Positions 1-9,165 of a stretch of DNA of 64,000 nucleotides are shown here, piece by piece. This DNA is from Acidimicrobiia bacterium (GTDB taxonomy: Bacteria > Acidobacteriota > Vicinamibacteria > Vicinamibacterales > SCN-69-37): NCBI GenBank assembly GCA_045862915.1, contig BTVE01000001.1, positions 4,320 to 68,319 of the forward strand. The letters run 5' to 3'. Below the pieces are notes generated by a model. That model was not told the origin of the DNA and searched no databases. It saw only the letters and a list, made by a program, of their open reading frames with translations. The position numbers and the translations under genes were made by a program. Every line of letters begins with the position of its first letter. The stretch's first letter is position 1.

Positions 1-2
1 TG

Positions 3-611
3 GAAGAAACCGCCCGCTACCTGATTCCGCTGCTGGATCCGGTGGCTGATGCGGCCGAACTCACGCTCCTTCGCGACCGGCTGAAGTCGGTCGACGAGCA
101 TGCCGGCCGCTGGATCACTCCCATCGCCGTACCTCTCGCGCCCGGCCTCACGGCGCTCGACATTGTCGATGCTGACGCTCGCGTGAGGTTTGATCTCGAC
201 GGCCGTGGTCCACATCAGTGGGAGTGGCTCATGCCCAACGCAGCCTGGCTGGTGTTCGATCGTCACCGCACCGGCACGGCCACGTCCGGACTCGATCTGT
301 TCGGCAACGTGACCTTCTGGCTCTTCTGGCGCAACGGGTACGACGCGCTCGCGGCGTTGGATGACGACGGGGATGGCGAGATTCGAGGTACCGAACGTAA
401 CGGTTTTGCCCTGTGGCATGACCGCAACCAGAACGGCACCAGCGAGCGCGGCGAAGTACGGCCGCTGGCCGACTGGGGGATTGAGGCGCTGTCCACGCGA
501 TACAGCCACGACTCGCAGCACCCCGACGAGATCGCGTGGTCGCGCGCAGGCGTCCGGTTTGCCGACGGCCAAGTCCGGCCGACGTTTGATGTGGTGCTGC
601 GCCGGCGCTGA
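3..611 (+). CDS. C-terminal part of a larger protein with calcium-binding-like Asp/Asn loops (ORF open to left window edge)
   Basis: Frame of ORF 42..611 stays open back to nt 3 (codon at 42 is GTG). Loops DDDGDGEI and DRNQNGTSERGE resemble Ca-binding repeats. Confidence 0.5.
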   Translation, partial: EETARYLIPLLDPVADAAELTLLRDRLKSVDEHAGRWITPIAVPLAPGLTALDIVDADARVRFDLDGRGPHQWEWLMPNAAWLVFDRHRTGTATSGLDLFGNVTFWLFWRNGYDALAALDDDGDGEIRGTERNGFALWHDRNQNGTSERGEVRPLADWGIEALSTRYSHDSQHPDEIAWSRAGVRFADGQVRPTFDVVLRRR

Positions 612-746
612 GCGCTGATGGTCGCGTTCCCCTGGGCCATCACGGCGCCGGTCTTCATGGCGCTGCTGGCCGTCCGTATCCGGCACACCGTCCGCGAACG
701 GACGTTCTGAGGCAGGAAGGGAACTCTCCGCGCGAAGTCGGCGTAT

Positions 747-778
747 GCTATCGAAACTCGATATCAGGTTCCGATAGC
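747..778. promoter_or_regulatory. Nested palindromes downstream of a TATGCT -10-like box, upstream of the DUF4440-PadR-ADOP operon
   Basis: TATCGA-AAC-TCGATA at 749-763 lies inside GCTATCG...CGATAGC (747-753 / 772-778). TATGCT is at 744-749 and the SD GAAGGAG at 785-790 precedes ATG 798. Confidence 0.3.
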
Positions 779-797
779 GAGACGAAGGAGACACCCG

Positions 798-1721
798 ATG
801 CTGCCGATTGTGCTGACGCTGCTGATGATGGTCATGCCGGGAGGAGGGCAGGACGGACGCGACGCCGACCGCGCCGCCATCCGCACCCACATCGAGAAGA
901 TCTGTCAGGCGTTCATTAACAACGACGTCACGACCATCCACGCCACACACACCGAGGATTGGCGCGGGTTCCTTGAAAACTCGCGCACCCCGATCAAGGG
1001 CGTCGACGCGTACATGCGTGCCAACGGGTTCACCTGGCCTCCAGTCGAGGGTGGGCCGGCGCGACGTAATGCGGCACCGCCCGACCCCACACGTACCTTC
1101 AAGGTCTTCGAGTTCGACGTGCACTTTTATGCCGCGGACCTCGCCGTCGTGAACTTCTTCGTCGACTTCGGCAACACGGTGAACGGTGAATTCACCACCG
1201 GCACGCGGTACCGGATCATGGACGTGTACGTCCGGCGCAGCGGCAACTGGAACCAGGCCGCCTCCCACACCGTGGTTGATCCAGTCTGGAAGAACACACA
1301 GCTGACCCAGTCCTTGACGCTGCCGCCGCCCGTCCGGCAGCAGCTGCTCGACACGCGTGAGGCGGTGTGGCGTGCCTTCTTCACCAACGACCAGGACACC
1401 CTGGTCAACCTGGTGCCCGCCGACACGATGGTGCTACAGGGCAACCCCGACAAACCCATCATCCGCCAGGCCGAGATCCTCGAGAGTGCGCGTCAGAACG
1501 CCGCCCGAAAGATGACGCTCGTGCGCCTCGAATTTCCACAGACCGAGATCCAGGTGTTTGGTCCGACCGCGATCGTCTACACGACCTATCTGTATGAACT
1601 GCAGGCCCCGGACGGCCAGCGACAGACCACACGCGGCAGCGCCACGGAGGTGTTCGTCCGCCGCGGCAACGGGTGGGTGAATCCGGGCTGGCACATGGCG
1701 CCGTTTGGAGGCACACGATGA
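798..1721 (+). CDS. Secreted protein with two SnoaL/DUF4440-like (NTF2-fold) domains
   Basis: N-terminal hydrophobic signal, then two repeats of a DUF4440-like pattern (ending ..GNWNQAASH.. and ..NGWVNPGWH..). SD upstream. Stop overlaps the PadR start (ATGA). Confidence 0.65.
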   Translation: MLPIVLTLLMMVMPGGGQDGRDADRAAIRTHIEKICQAFINNDVTTIHATHTEDWRGFLENSRTPIKGVDAYMRANGFTWPPVEGGPARRNAAPPDPTRTFKVFEFDVHFYAADLAVVNFFVDFGNTVNGEFTTGTRYRIMDVYVRRSGNWNQAASHTVVDPVWKNTQLTQSLTLPPPVRQQLLDTREAVWRAFFTNDQDTLVNLVPADTMVLQGNPDKPIIRQAEILESARQNAARKMTLVRLEFPQTEIQVFGPTAIVYTTYLYELQAPDGQRQTTRGSATEVFVRRGNGWVNPGWHMAPFGGTR

Positions 1722-2059
1722 GCCCGAAGAAACCCTCCAAGACGGACATGCTGCGAGGCACCCTCGACATGCTGGTGCTGCGCACGCTCGAACTGCGTCC
1801 GCTGCACGGGATTGCCATCGCAGAGCGCATCCAGCAGGTGACGGGTGGCACCTTCGTGGTGGGCCCCGGGTCCCTGTTTCCCGCACTGCACCGACTTGAG
1901 CAGGAAGGCTGGATCCGCGGCCAGTGGTTCGTCTCCGAGCAGGGACGCCGCGCGCGGGAATACACGTTGACGGTGGCGGGCAGGCGTCAACTCGCGCGTG
2001 AAAAGAAGCAGTGGGCCGTGATTGCCGCGGCCGTCGGTCAGGTGCTCGACGAAGCCTGA
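1718..2059 (+). CDS. PadR family transcriptional regulator
   Basis: LRGTLDMLVLRTLELRPLHGIAIAERI...LFPALHRLEQEGWIRGQW is the classic PadR wHTH. ATG 1718 overlaps the upstream stop (ATGA), and the track ORF start 1673 is rejected. Confidence 0.9.
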   Translation: MSPKKPSKTDMLRGTLDMLVLRTLELRPLHGIAIAERIQQVTGGTFVVGPGSLFPALHRLEQEGWIRGQWFVSEQGRRAREYTLTVAGRRQLAREKKQWAVIAAAVGQVLDEA

Positions 2060-2068
2060 GGAGGCCAC

Positions 2069-4732
2069 ATGCGCGTCTGGCATCGGTTCCGCGAGTTGCT
2101 CCGTACGCTGTTCCAGGGCACCCGTGTACATCAGGATCTCGACGATGAGCTGACCGATTGGATGGAGACCCTCGTCGCCCGCCACATGGCGAGCGGGATG
2201 TCCCGCGAGGAGGCGCGCCGGCTGGCTGCCCTCGAGTTCGGCGGCGTGGCTCAGGTGAAGGAAGAGGCGGTCGCCGTGCGCAACGGCATCCAGTGGGAAT
2301 CGACCTGGACGGACGTCCGGTACGCACTTCGCGCCCTGCGCCGTGCGCCCGGCTTCACCGCGGCCGCCATTCTTACGTTTGCACTCGGCATCGGAGCCAC
2401 GACCGCGATCTTCTCGGTCGTGAAGACCATCCTCATCGAACCGCTACCGTATCGCGATGCAGACCGGCTGGCGTTCATCTGGGCCGATCTCACCGACCTC
2501 GGTTATCCGCACGCGCCACTGGCGGGACCGGAGATCACGGAGTTCCAGCAACGCACGTCCAGCTTCAGCCGGATGGGCGGCGTGTGGGCGACCAACGCGA
2601 CGCTGGCAGAGCACGGCGACCCCGAGCACCTGCGCATCGCCACGGTGACGCAGGAGTTTTTCGCCACGCTTGGGGTGGAGGCCGCACTTGGACGTGTGCT
2701 TGGCCCGGACGACTTCGGCCAACCGGTGACGCCGCTGCTGCTCAGCCACACGTTGTGGATGCGCAGCTTCGGTGCGGACTCGGCGGTCGTGGGCCGCACG
2801 GTCACCCTCAACGGCCGCCCCGCCATCGTCGCGGGCGTGATGCCGGAGTCGTTCGAGCTGCTGTTCCCACCAGACGCGGCAGTGCCAACGGACCTGCAGG
2901 CGTGGATCCCCGGCTCGCCGCAACTCGCAACCCAGCCTCGCGGCCAGCAATACCTCCGCGTCGTGGCGCGCCTGAACGACGATGTGCGGATGGGAGCGGC
3001 GGTGGAGGAGGTGGCTGCGGTTGGCGCGGGCATCATGGCTGAGAATCCCGGCGCTTACACGCCGGGATCCCGGTTTTATGCGGTCGGCATGAAAGACGAC
3101 ACCATGCGCCCGATTCGCCCGGTGATGCTGGCCGTGTTTGGCGGTGTGTTGATCCTGCTGGTCATCGCGTGCGTGAACATCGCAGGACTGCTGGTTGTGC
3201 GTGCATCCGAGCGTCGCCGCGAAACCTCTGTACGTCTGGCCCTAGGATCCAGCGCCGGCCGCCTGTTGCGTCAGTGTCTCGTTGAAGGACTGATGCTGGC
3301 CCTGTCGGGCGGTCTCCTTGGTGTCTGTGTCGCGTGGGGCGGTCTACGCGCGCTGATCAGTCTTGCGCCCGCGACGCTTCCGCGTGTGCAGGACACCGAT
3401 CTCGATGTGGGTGTGCTGCTGTTTGCCGCGGCGGCGTCACTGGTGTGGGGCCTGGCGTTTTCGCTGCTGCCGTGGCGTGAAGTCCGCCGGCAGCATCTGT
3501 CATCGGCACTGCACTACGGCAGCCGTGCCACCGCGGGCGCCACCGCGGTTCGACTGCGCGAGACCATGGTGGTCGCGCAGATTGCACTCGGGTGTGTGCT
3601 GCTCGTGGTGGCCGCGTTGCTGGCGCGGTCGTTTGACGGACTGATGCGACTCGACCCAGGATTCCAGACGGACCGGTCACTCACGTTTCGTATCGCGCCG
3701 CCCACGCAGCGGTATCGGCCCCTTGATGGCATGAACACCTTCCATCGCGAGCTGACGTCGCGTCTGCGTGCGGTGCCGGGCGTGACTGCGGTGGGGGCCG
3801 TCAGCCATTTGCCGTACGACAACCTGCCCAATTGGGGCACGCCGTATCTGCCGCTCGGTGAGACGGACGGCAGCAAGGCCGGGCTCGCAGACACACGGAC
3901 GGTGAGTCCGGGCTTCTTTGAAGCTGTCGGTGCGCGGATGCTGGCTGGACGCACGTTTGCGGAGGCGGACACCCGCACGCCGGCGCTGCCGGTGATCATC
4001 GACGACCTGATGGCCGCCAAACTGTTCGGCGCGGAGTCGCCGCTTGGACGGCAGTTCACGTCCGACCTGGCTGGGGCGGGGCAGATGATGCCGATGGAAG
4101 TCATTGGCGTGGTCAGCCACCTGCGCCACCGGTCGCTCGTGGAGGCAGGACGGGAGCAGCTGTTCGTGTCGTCACGTTTCTGGCCCCGCAGCCCGACGTC
4201 ATACGTCGTTCGGACATCGGGTGACCCGGGCGCGGTGGCGTCCGGTGTGCGTGAGGCTGTCCGCGGTCTGGACGGCGCCGTGCCGATCTACGACGTGCGC
4301 GAGCTTGACTCGTACGTGGACACGGCCCGGGCACCCGCGCGATTCACGACAGTGGTCGCGGTGGTGTTCGCCGCAGTCGCACTCGTGCTGGCCTGTGTCG
4401 GCGTGTATGGCTTGATGGCGTACACGGTGGCGTTACGCTCACCGGAGTTCGGCATCAGGCAGGTGCTTGGCGCCGAGCGGTCGTCGATCATTCGTCTCGT
4501 ATTGGCTGACGCCGCTCGCCTTGGTGCCGTGGGCGGAGCCGCCGGCGTGTTGGCGGCGCTGGGCCTGTCGCGCCTGCTCGCGGCCATCCTCTTTGGGGTC
4601 ACCCCGTGGGATGTCATCGCATACACGGCCGCGTTCACCCTGCTGGCGCTCTCGGTACTGCTGGCGGCATGGCTGCCCGCGCGCCGGGCGGCTGCCGCCG
4701 CCCCCTACACGGTGCTGCGGATGGACTCCTGA
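2069..4732 (+). CDS. ADOP-family duplicated FtsX/MacB-like permease with N-terminal cytoplasmic prefix
   Basis: 887 aa. Prefix helix region, LRALRRAPGF at ~aa 88-96, two FtsX-type 4-TM blocks and C-terminal PARRAAAAAPYTVLR. Starts 9 nt after PadR. Confidence 0.9.
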   Translation: MRVWHRFRELLRTLFQGTRVHQDLDDELTDWMETLVARHMASGMSREEARRLAALEFGGVAQVKEEAVAVRNGIQWESTWTDVRYALRALRRAPGFTAAAILTFALGIGATTAIFSVVKTILIEPLPYRDADRLAFIWADLTDLGYPHAPLAGPEITEFQQRTSSFSRMGGVWATNATLAEHGDPEHLRIATVTQEFFATLGVEAALGRVLGPDDFGQPVTPLLLSHTLWMRSFGADSAVVGRTVTLNGRPAIVAGVMPESFELLFPPDAAVPTDLQAWIPGSPQLATQPRGQQYLRVVARLNDDVRMGAAVEEVAAVGAGIMAENPGAYTPGSRFYAVGMKDDTMRPIRPVMLAVFGGVLILLVIACVNIAGLLVVRASERRRETSVRLALGSSAGRLLRQCLVEGLMLALSGGLLGVCVAWGGLRALISLAPATLPRVQDTDLDVGVLLFAAAASLVWGLAFSLLPWREVRRQHLSSALHYGSRATAGATAVRLRETMVVAQIALGCVLLVVAALLARSFDGLMRLDPGFQTDRSLTFRIAPPTQRYRPLDGMNTFHRELTSRLRAVPGVTAVGAVSHLPYDNLPNWGTPYLPLGETDGSKAGLADTRTVSPGFFEAVGARMLAGRTFAEADTRTPALPVIIDDLMAAKLFGAESPLGRQFTSDLAGAGQMMPMEVIGVVSHLRHRSLVEAGREQLFVSSRFWPRSPTSYVVRTSGDPGAVASGVREAVRGLDGAVPIYDVRELDSYVDTARAPARFTTVVAVVFAAVALVLACVGVYGLMAYTVALRSPEFGIRQVLGAERSSIIRLVLADAARLGAVGGAAGVLAALGLSRLLAAILFGVTPWDVIAYTAAFTLLALSVLLAAWLPARRAAAAAPYTVLRMDS

Positions 4733-4746
4733 GGCGAAAGCAGTGG

Positions 4747-4766
4747 GGCAGGCCTTCAGGCCTGCC
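4747..4766. repeat. REP-like GC hairpin (GGCAGGCC-TTCA-GGCCTGCC), probable terminator
   Basis: Perfect 8-bp stem with a 4-nt loop, 15 nt after the ADOP stop. Exact reverse complement of the 20-mer at 48555-48574. Confidence 0.55.
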
Positions 4767-4783
4767 TGGTTGCGCTGGATTTA

Positions 4784-4824
4784 ACGAAAAACTTCGTGAC
4801 AAGTGACGAAAAACATCGTCAACT
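4784..4824 (+). promoter_or_regulatory. Two operator-like palindromes (ACGAA-N4-TTCGT type) 22 bp apart, abutting a TCAACT -10-like box before GTG 4831
   Basis: ACGAAAAACTTCGT is at 4784-4797 and GACGAAAAACATCGTC at 4805-4820. TCAACT at 4819-4824 is followed by 6 nt and the GTG start. Same half-sites as the palindrome upstream of blaI (9112-9125). Confidence 0.4.
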
Positions 4825-4830
4825 GTCGAT

Positions 4831-7215
4831 GTGCCCGCTGTTGCCTCCGATTTCCTGCTCGACGCCCGTCAGGCGCTCCGGCTGCTGCTGACGCGCCCGG
4901 GCTTTGCCGCTGCCGCCATCCTGACGCTCGCGCTGGGCATTGGCGCCCCGACCGCCGTCTTTTCTATCGTTCACGCAGTGCTCCTGCGGCCGCTGCCGTA
5001 CGCAGCCCCAGAGCGACTGGTGCAGGCACACATGGAGTCCACAACGCCGCGCGGGGTGGTCAGGATGGACGCCCTGCCGGTGTCCGCGGCGGGGGAGTGG
5101 GCGGCGTCGACAACAACCCTGGACGGGCTGGCCATCTACAACGAGACGGCGCGCACAGCATCGACGAGTGCAGGACCGGAGCGCCTGACCGGCATCGCGA
5201 CCACCGCCAACCTGTTTGACCTGCTGGGCACCGCGCCCACGCTGGGGCGCGTGTTCTCGGAAGGCGACGATGACCTGCTGCAGGTGGTGCTGAGCGACAC
5301 AACGTGGCGTACACACTTTCACGCGGACTCCGGGGTCGTCGGCACCACGGTGATACTGGACGGGCAACCGTATCGCGTGACGGGCGTCATGCCGGAGCGC
5401 TTCCACTTTCCGACACCCGAGACAGCCTTCTGGATTCCGGTGCGGCTGGACACGGGTGGGTCGCGGGGGATGTTGCTGCCGGTGATTGCTCGCGTGCGCG
5501 CCGGTGTCCCTCTCGCAGCGGCGGTGGACGAAGGCCTGATACACATCAGGTCGGACAACTCCGGCTTCGAGTCTCGACTACTTCTGCCGACGTTACAGGA
5601 GTCGATGGTCGGGCCGGTGAGCCGCACGTTGTGGCTGTTCATGGCGGCGGTCTCGCTGGTTGCAGTGGTCGCCACCGTCAACATCGCGCTGCTGCTGGTC
5701 GTGCGAGGCACGTCGCGCGAAGGTGAGTTCGCGCTGCGGTCGGCACTCGGCGCGGATCGCGGTCGCCTGGTGCGGCAGCTGGTCGGCGAGTCGGCCGTGT
5801 TGACCGCGCTGGGCGGTGTGGCCGGGTTCTCACTGGCATACCTCATCGTCACAGCCTTGCGCGCGATGGCGCCGCCCGAGATCCCTCGACTCGATGAAGC
5901 CGGACTCGACGCCGGCACGCTCGGATTCGCGGTGGGGATGATGACCCTCGCGGTACTGACGTTCAGCGTGTTGTCGGCCGCACCGGTCCTGCGCGGCTCA
6001 CGCGAACGCGCGCGCATGGCCGCCCATTCCCGTCGGCGACTGCTCACGCTGGCCTCGGTAGAAACGGCGCTGGCACTGGTGCTGCTCGTCGCCGCGTCGC
6101 TGCTGCTCGAGTCGTTCGTCCGCCAAGTGGCGGTGGACCAGGGCTTTGACGCGCAAGATCGCCTGGCGCTGCAGTTCACCATGCCGCGGGCGCGGTATCC
6201 CACACCCGAGGCACGAATGGCATTTGTCGAGCGTGTGCTCGAGCGTGTGCGTGGGTTACCCGGCTTCACGCATGCCGCCGTCATCACGGCGATGCCCAAC
6301 CGGCAACCGACCGGGCGTTTCGCTTTTGATCCCATCGGCATCGATCCCTTTGCGCCGCCAGGGTCACACACGCTTGGTGAAGTCCGGATGGTCACCGATG
6401 GCGGACTCGCGGCACTTGGTGTGCCGCTGCTCGGCGGGCGTGACATACGCGCAGACGATACGAACAGCAGCGAACCGGTGGTGGTGATCTCGGCGGCGTC
6501 GGCCGCCCAGCATTTTCCCGGCGTCGATCCTGTTGGTCGCACGCTGTTCACCGGTAGCGGTCCGTTGCGCGTGATCGGGGTCGCAGGAGATGTGCGTCCG
6601 GCCGTGACGGGCCTTCCGCAACACGATCCATCCGTGTATCTGCCACTTCGGCAGAGCCTCGATGTGTTCCAGCAGTTCGCGACCGTGACCTTGGCGGTGC
6701 ATGCCCCATCGGCCGCTGCGCCCAGGCCCGCGATTCGCCACGCGCTGCTGGACCTGGATCCCGACATGGCGCCTTTCAACGTCCGCGCGCTGTCTGATGA
6801 GGTCGCGCGTCTGGTTGCCGGTCCACGGTTCAGCGCCACGGTGGTGTCGCTCTTCTCCCTGGTGGCGTTCGTGATGGCCGCAGTCGGCGTGTACGGCGTC
6901 GTCGCCTACCAGGCCGCCCGACGCACGAAGGACATCGGTGTGCGACTGGCATTGGGCGCGACTCGAGGCCGGGTGACCCGGGTCGTCCTGTCTGACGGAC
7001 TGTTCATCGTCGCGGCCGGCATCGGAGTTGGTGCACCGCTCGCGGTGTGGCTGGCGCGCCTGCTGCAGGCCACATTTGATGACCTGTCCACACGCCCACT
7101 GGTGACCGTCGTGACGGTCAGCCTCACTCTTGCCGCCACCGCTCTCGCTGCGGCGTACATACCCGCCAGGCGAGCCGCACGAATCAGCGTGCTGGCCGCC
7201 CTGCGCGAGGACTGA
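4831..7215 (+). CDS. ADOP-family duplicated FtsX/MacB-like permease, no N-terminal prefix, no PadR
   Basis: 794 aa. LRLLLTRPGF already at aa 16-25, two FtsX blocks and C-terminal PARRAARISVLAALRED. The in-frame stop at 4804 forces the GTG 4831 start. Confidence 0.85.
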   Translation: MPAVASDFLLDARQALRLLLTRPGFAAAAILTLALGIGAPTAVFSIVHAVLLRPLPYAAPERLVQAHMESTTPRGVVRMDALPVSAAGEWAASTTTLDGLAIYNETARTASTSAGPERLTGIATTANLFDLLGTAPTLGRVFSEGDDDLLQVVLSDTTWRTHFHADSGVVGTTVILDGQPYRVTGVMPERFHFPTPETAFWIPVRLDTGGSRGMLLPVIARVRAGVPLAAAVDEGLIHIRSDNSGFESRLLLPTLQESMVGPVSRTLWLFMAAVSLVAVVATVNIALLLVVRGTSREGEFALRSALGADRGRLVRQLVGESAVLTALGGVAGFSLAYLIVTALRAMAPPEIPRLDEAGLDAGTLGFAVGMMTLAVLTFSVLSAAPVLRGSRERARMAAHSRRRLLTLASVETALALVLLVAASLLLESFVRQVAVDQGFDAQDRLALQFTMPRARYPTPEARMAFVERVLERVRGLPGFTHAAVITAMPNRQPTGRFAFDPIGIDPFAPPGSHTLGEVRMVTDGGLAALGVPLLGGRDIRADDTNSSEPVVVISAASAAQHFPGVDPVGRTLFTGSGPLRVIGVAGDVRPAVTGLPQHDPSVYLPLRQSLDVFQQFATVTLAVHAPSAAAPRPAIRHALLDLDPDMAPFNVRALSDEVARLVAGPRFSATVVSLFSLVAFVMAAVGVYGVVAYQAARRTKDIGVRLALGATRGRVTRVVLSDGLFIVAAGIGVGAPLAVWLARLLQATFDDLSTRPLVTVVTVSLTLAATALAAAYIPARRAARISVLAALRED

Positions 7216-7229
7216 CAAGGAGCCTGCTC

Positions 7230-7652
7230 ATGCCAACAAGTCGTCGTGTGTCTCTCGTGTGTGTGTCGTTGCTGGTGCTCACTCTAGCCGCGGTGTCGGC
7301 CCAGGAGCGGCGTCAGGGCGGGCCGCCCTACGACCGTTCAAAGGAACAAACGGTTACGGCCGTCGTGCAAGGCGTCGAGCGCGCGCAGCCGCCGCAAGGC
7401 CCGGCGCAGGCCATCCTGATGGTGAGCTACCAGGACGCGCCGCTCGCCGTGTTCCTTGGTCCGGAGGAATGGTTCAAGGCACAGGCCATGACCCTTGCAC
7501 CGAAGGCAACCGTCGAGATCACTGGCCTGACTGGTGCGCGCTTCAACGGGAAGCCCGCCATGATGCCGCGGCTGGTGAAGAGCGGCAGCCGTGTACTGGA
7601 ACTGCGCGATGCGGATGGTGTGCCGAAGTGGGGCGGCGTGCCGGTCTACTGA
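7230..7652 (+). CDS. Small secreted protein of unknown function
   Basis: Signal peptide (VSLVCVSLLVLTLAAVSAQE). Starts 14 nt after the ADOP stop, so likely co-transcribed. Its 3' end overlaps the BlaR1 3' end by 7 nt. Confidence 0.55.
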   Translation: MPTSRRVSLVCVSLLVLTLAAVSAQERRQGGPPYDRSKEQTVTAVVQGVERAQPPQGPAQAILMVSYQDAPLAVFLGPEEWFKAQAMTLAPKATVEITGLTGARFNGKPAMMPRLVKSGSRVLELRDADGVPKWGGVPVY

Positions 7653-8698
7653 CCTGCAGGGCGCCGAGGGAACGTCGGTCCGGCCGGTGCCGTGGCGCCG
7701 GCCGGGCCTGGGGACCGCTGACGGAGTTGCGCGTCGAGCTCGATGCCCGGCGGAATCGTGAAGGCCGCCGCAAAGACCAGTCCTGCTGCCAGCACACACA
7801 TCACCACCACCGTCGTCACGCGCGTGGCCGTCGGTCGCACCTGTCGACCGGCCAGCCGCGCGATGCGTTCGACCAGGGTTCCCGACGAAGCCGCGATGGC
7901 CAGTGAGTGATCATCACGCGACGCATCAAGCGTGGCGAGGGCAGAGGCGTATTCGCGTGCGTTGATGCCTGCCGACACGACCTCTTCGTCGCAGCACACC
8001 TCGCGATAGAGCCGCACTTGCCGCGACATCCACTGCGCAGCCGGATTGCACCACAACACAATGTCGCCAAGTGTCTGCACCAGATTCCAGGCGTAGTCCT
8101 GACGCCGCACATGGGCGAGTTCGTGAAGGACGATGGCGCGGAGTTGGGTGGTGGACAGTGTGGCCTGGTGTGATGCCGGCAGGATCAGCGCTGGACGAAG
8201 TGCGCCAAACACCATGGGCACCTGCACGGCGTCTGAGGTGACGAGTGTGACGCGTCCGCCTGCCATCCAGGTCGCGAGGACGTCCGTCAGTGCCTCGCGC
8301 TCGCGAAGCCCCACGTCGTTGCTGGTCGCGCGTAGCTGACGCAGTGACATCCACTGACGACACACACGGACAAGACCCATCAGCACGCCTGCGAACCACA
8401 GAATCGCCACGGCGGGAACGACGATGCGGCGGCCGCCGAGGAATTGGGCAAATCCCACGCTGGAGTCGACGGCGCTGGTCAGCGTCATACGGGCCGCCGG
8501 CGCGAGCGGGTCGGCGGTGGTGACAGCGATGAACAGGGGCAGGAGCACCGTTGCGGCCAGGGCGACGAATCCGGCCATGTAACGTTGCTCTGCTGACGCG
8601 CGTCCAACGCGAAACCAGAGGAGAAGTGCGGCCGCCAGCAACGGTCCCACCCAGAGCGAGTGCACGACAGACCAGCCGGCCAGGGCAAGCATGGTCAC
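7646..8698 (-). CDS. blaR1: BlaR1-like M56 family membrane metalloprotease (signal transducer) lacking a recognisable C-terminal sensor domain
   Basis: HELAHVRRQDY zinc motif and multiple TM segments. Only ~45 aa follow the last TM. GTG start overlaps the blaI stop (GTGA). Confidence 0.8.
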   Translation of the reverse strand: MTMLALAGWSVVHSLWVGPLLAAALLLWFRVGRASAEQRYMAGFVALAATVLLPLFIAVTTADPLAPAARMTLTSAVDSSVGFAQFLGGRRIVVPAVAILWFAGVLMGLVRVCRQWMSLRQLRATSNDVGLREREALTDVLATWMAGGRVTLVTSDAVQVPMVFGALRPALILPASHQATLSTTQLRAIVLHELAHVRRQDYAWNLVQTLGDIVLWCNPAAQWMSRQVRLYREVCCDEEVVSAGINAREYASALATLDASRDDHSLAIAASSGTLVERIARLAGRQVRPTATRVTTVVVMCVLAAGLVFAAAFTIPPGIELDAQLRQRSPGPAGATAPAGPTFPRRPAGQ

Positions 8699-9102
8699 TT
8701 CTTCTTTCTGGCGGGCGCCGCTTCCATGGAGTCGAGCAGCTCTCGGATCTGCTGACGTTCTTCCGCGGTGGCGCGGCGATCGGAGAGTGCCTGCATCGCC
8801 AGCGACGCGGCTGAGCCACCAAATGCTCGCGCGGCGAGGTCACGCAGGATGCTGCGCTGCGTGTGGGACTGCGGGCGCGCGGCGCGGTAGATCTGCGGAC
8901 GCACCGAGTCGTCGCGGAGCAGCGTGCCCTTGTCCGTCATGATCTGCATGAACTTGAGCACGGTGGAGTAGCCGATCTCGCGACCTTCCGACAGGTGGCG
9001 GAATACCTCACGCACTGTGCTTGGCCCGCGTTGCCAGATGACCTGGAGGATCTCCATCTCGCTCGCGGTGGGGAAGGGCGACGGACTGGGCGGCATCGCC
9101 AC
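8695..9102 (-). CDS. blaI: BlaI/MecI/CopY family transcriptional repressor
   Basis: SEMEILQVIWQRGPSTVREV...YSTVLKFMQIMTDKGTLLRD wHTH. The track start 9102 is GTG, and ATG at 9096 is the more likely (leaderless) start. Confidence 0.9.
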   Translation of the reverse strand: MAMPPSPSPFPTASEMEILQVIWQRGPSTVREVFRHLSEGREIGYSTVLKFMQIMTDKGTLLRDDSVRPQIYRAARPQSHTQRSILRDLAARAFGGSAASLAMQALSDRRATAEERQQIRELLDSMEAAPARKKK

Positions 9103-9104
9103 CC

Positions 9105-9136
9105 AGTCTACACGAAGGACTTCGTCAATGTGTCAG
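9105..9136 (-). promoter_or_regulatory. blaI promoter with embedded palindromic operator
   Basis: On the minus strand: TGACAC (9135-9130), palindrome ACGAAG-TC-CTTCGT (9125-9112), TAGACT -10 (9110-9105), then 8 nt to ATG 9096. Confidence 0.4.
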
Positions 9137-9165
9137 CATTCACCATGGAGATACCGTGTTGAGTG

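Noticed and set aside
5319-6839. Long ORFs antisense to confidently called genes. Examples: 5319-6839c, 1434-2327c, 29935-31638, 43676-44728c, 45764-47155, 48856-50091, 54860-56074c.
   Set aside because: They are typical high-GC shadow ORFs. Their composition is Arg/Gly/Pro/Ala-rich and low in complexity, with no recognisable motifs, and each fully overlaps a gene with clear family signatures.
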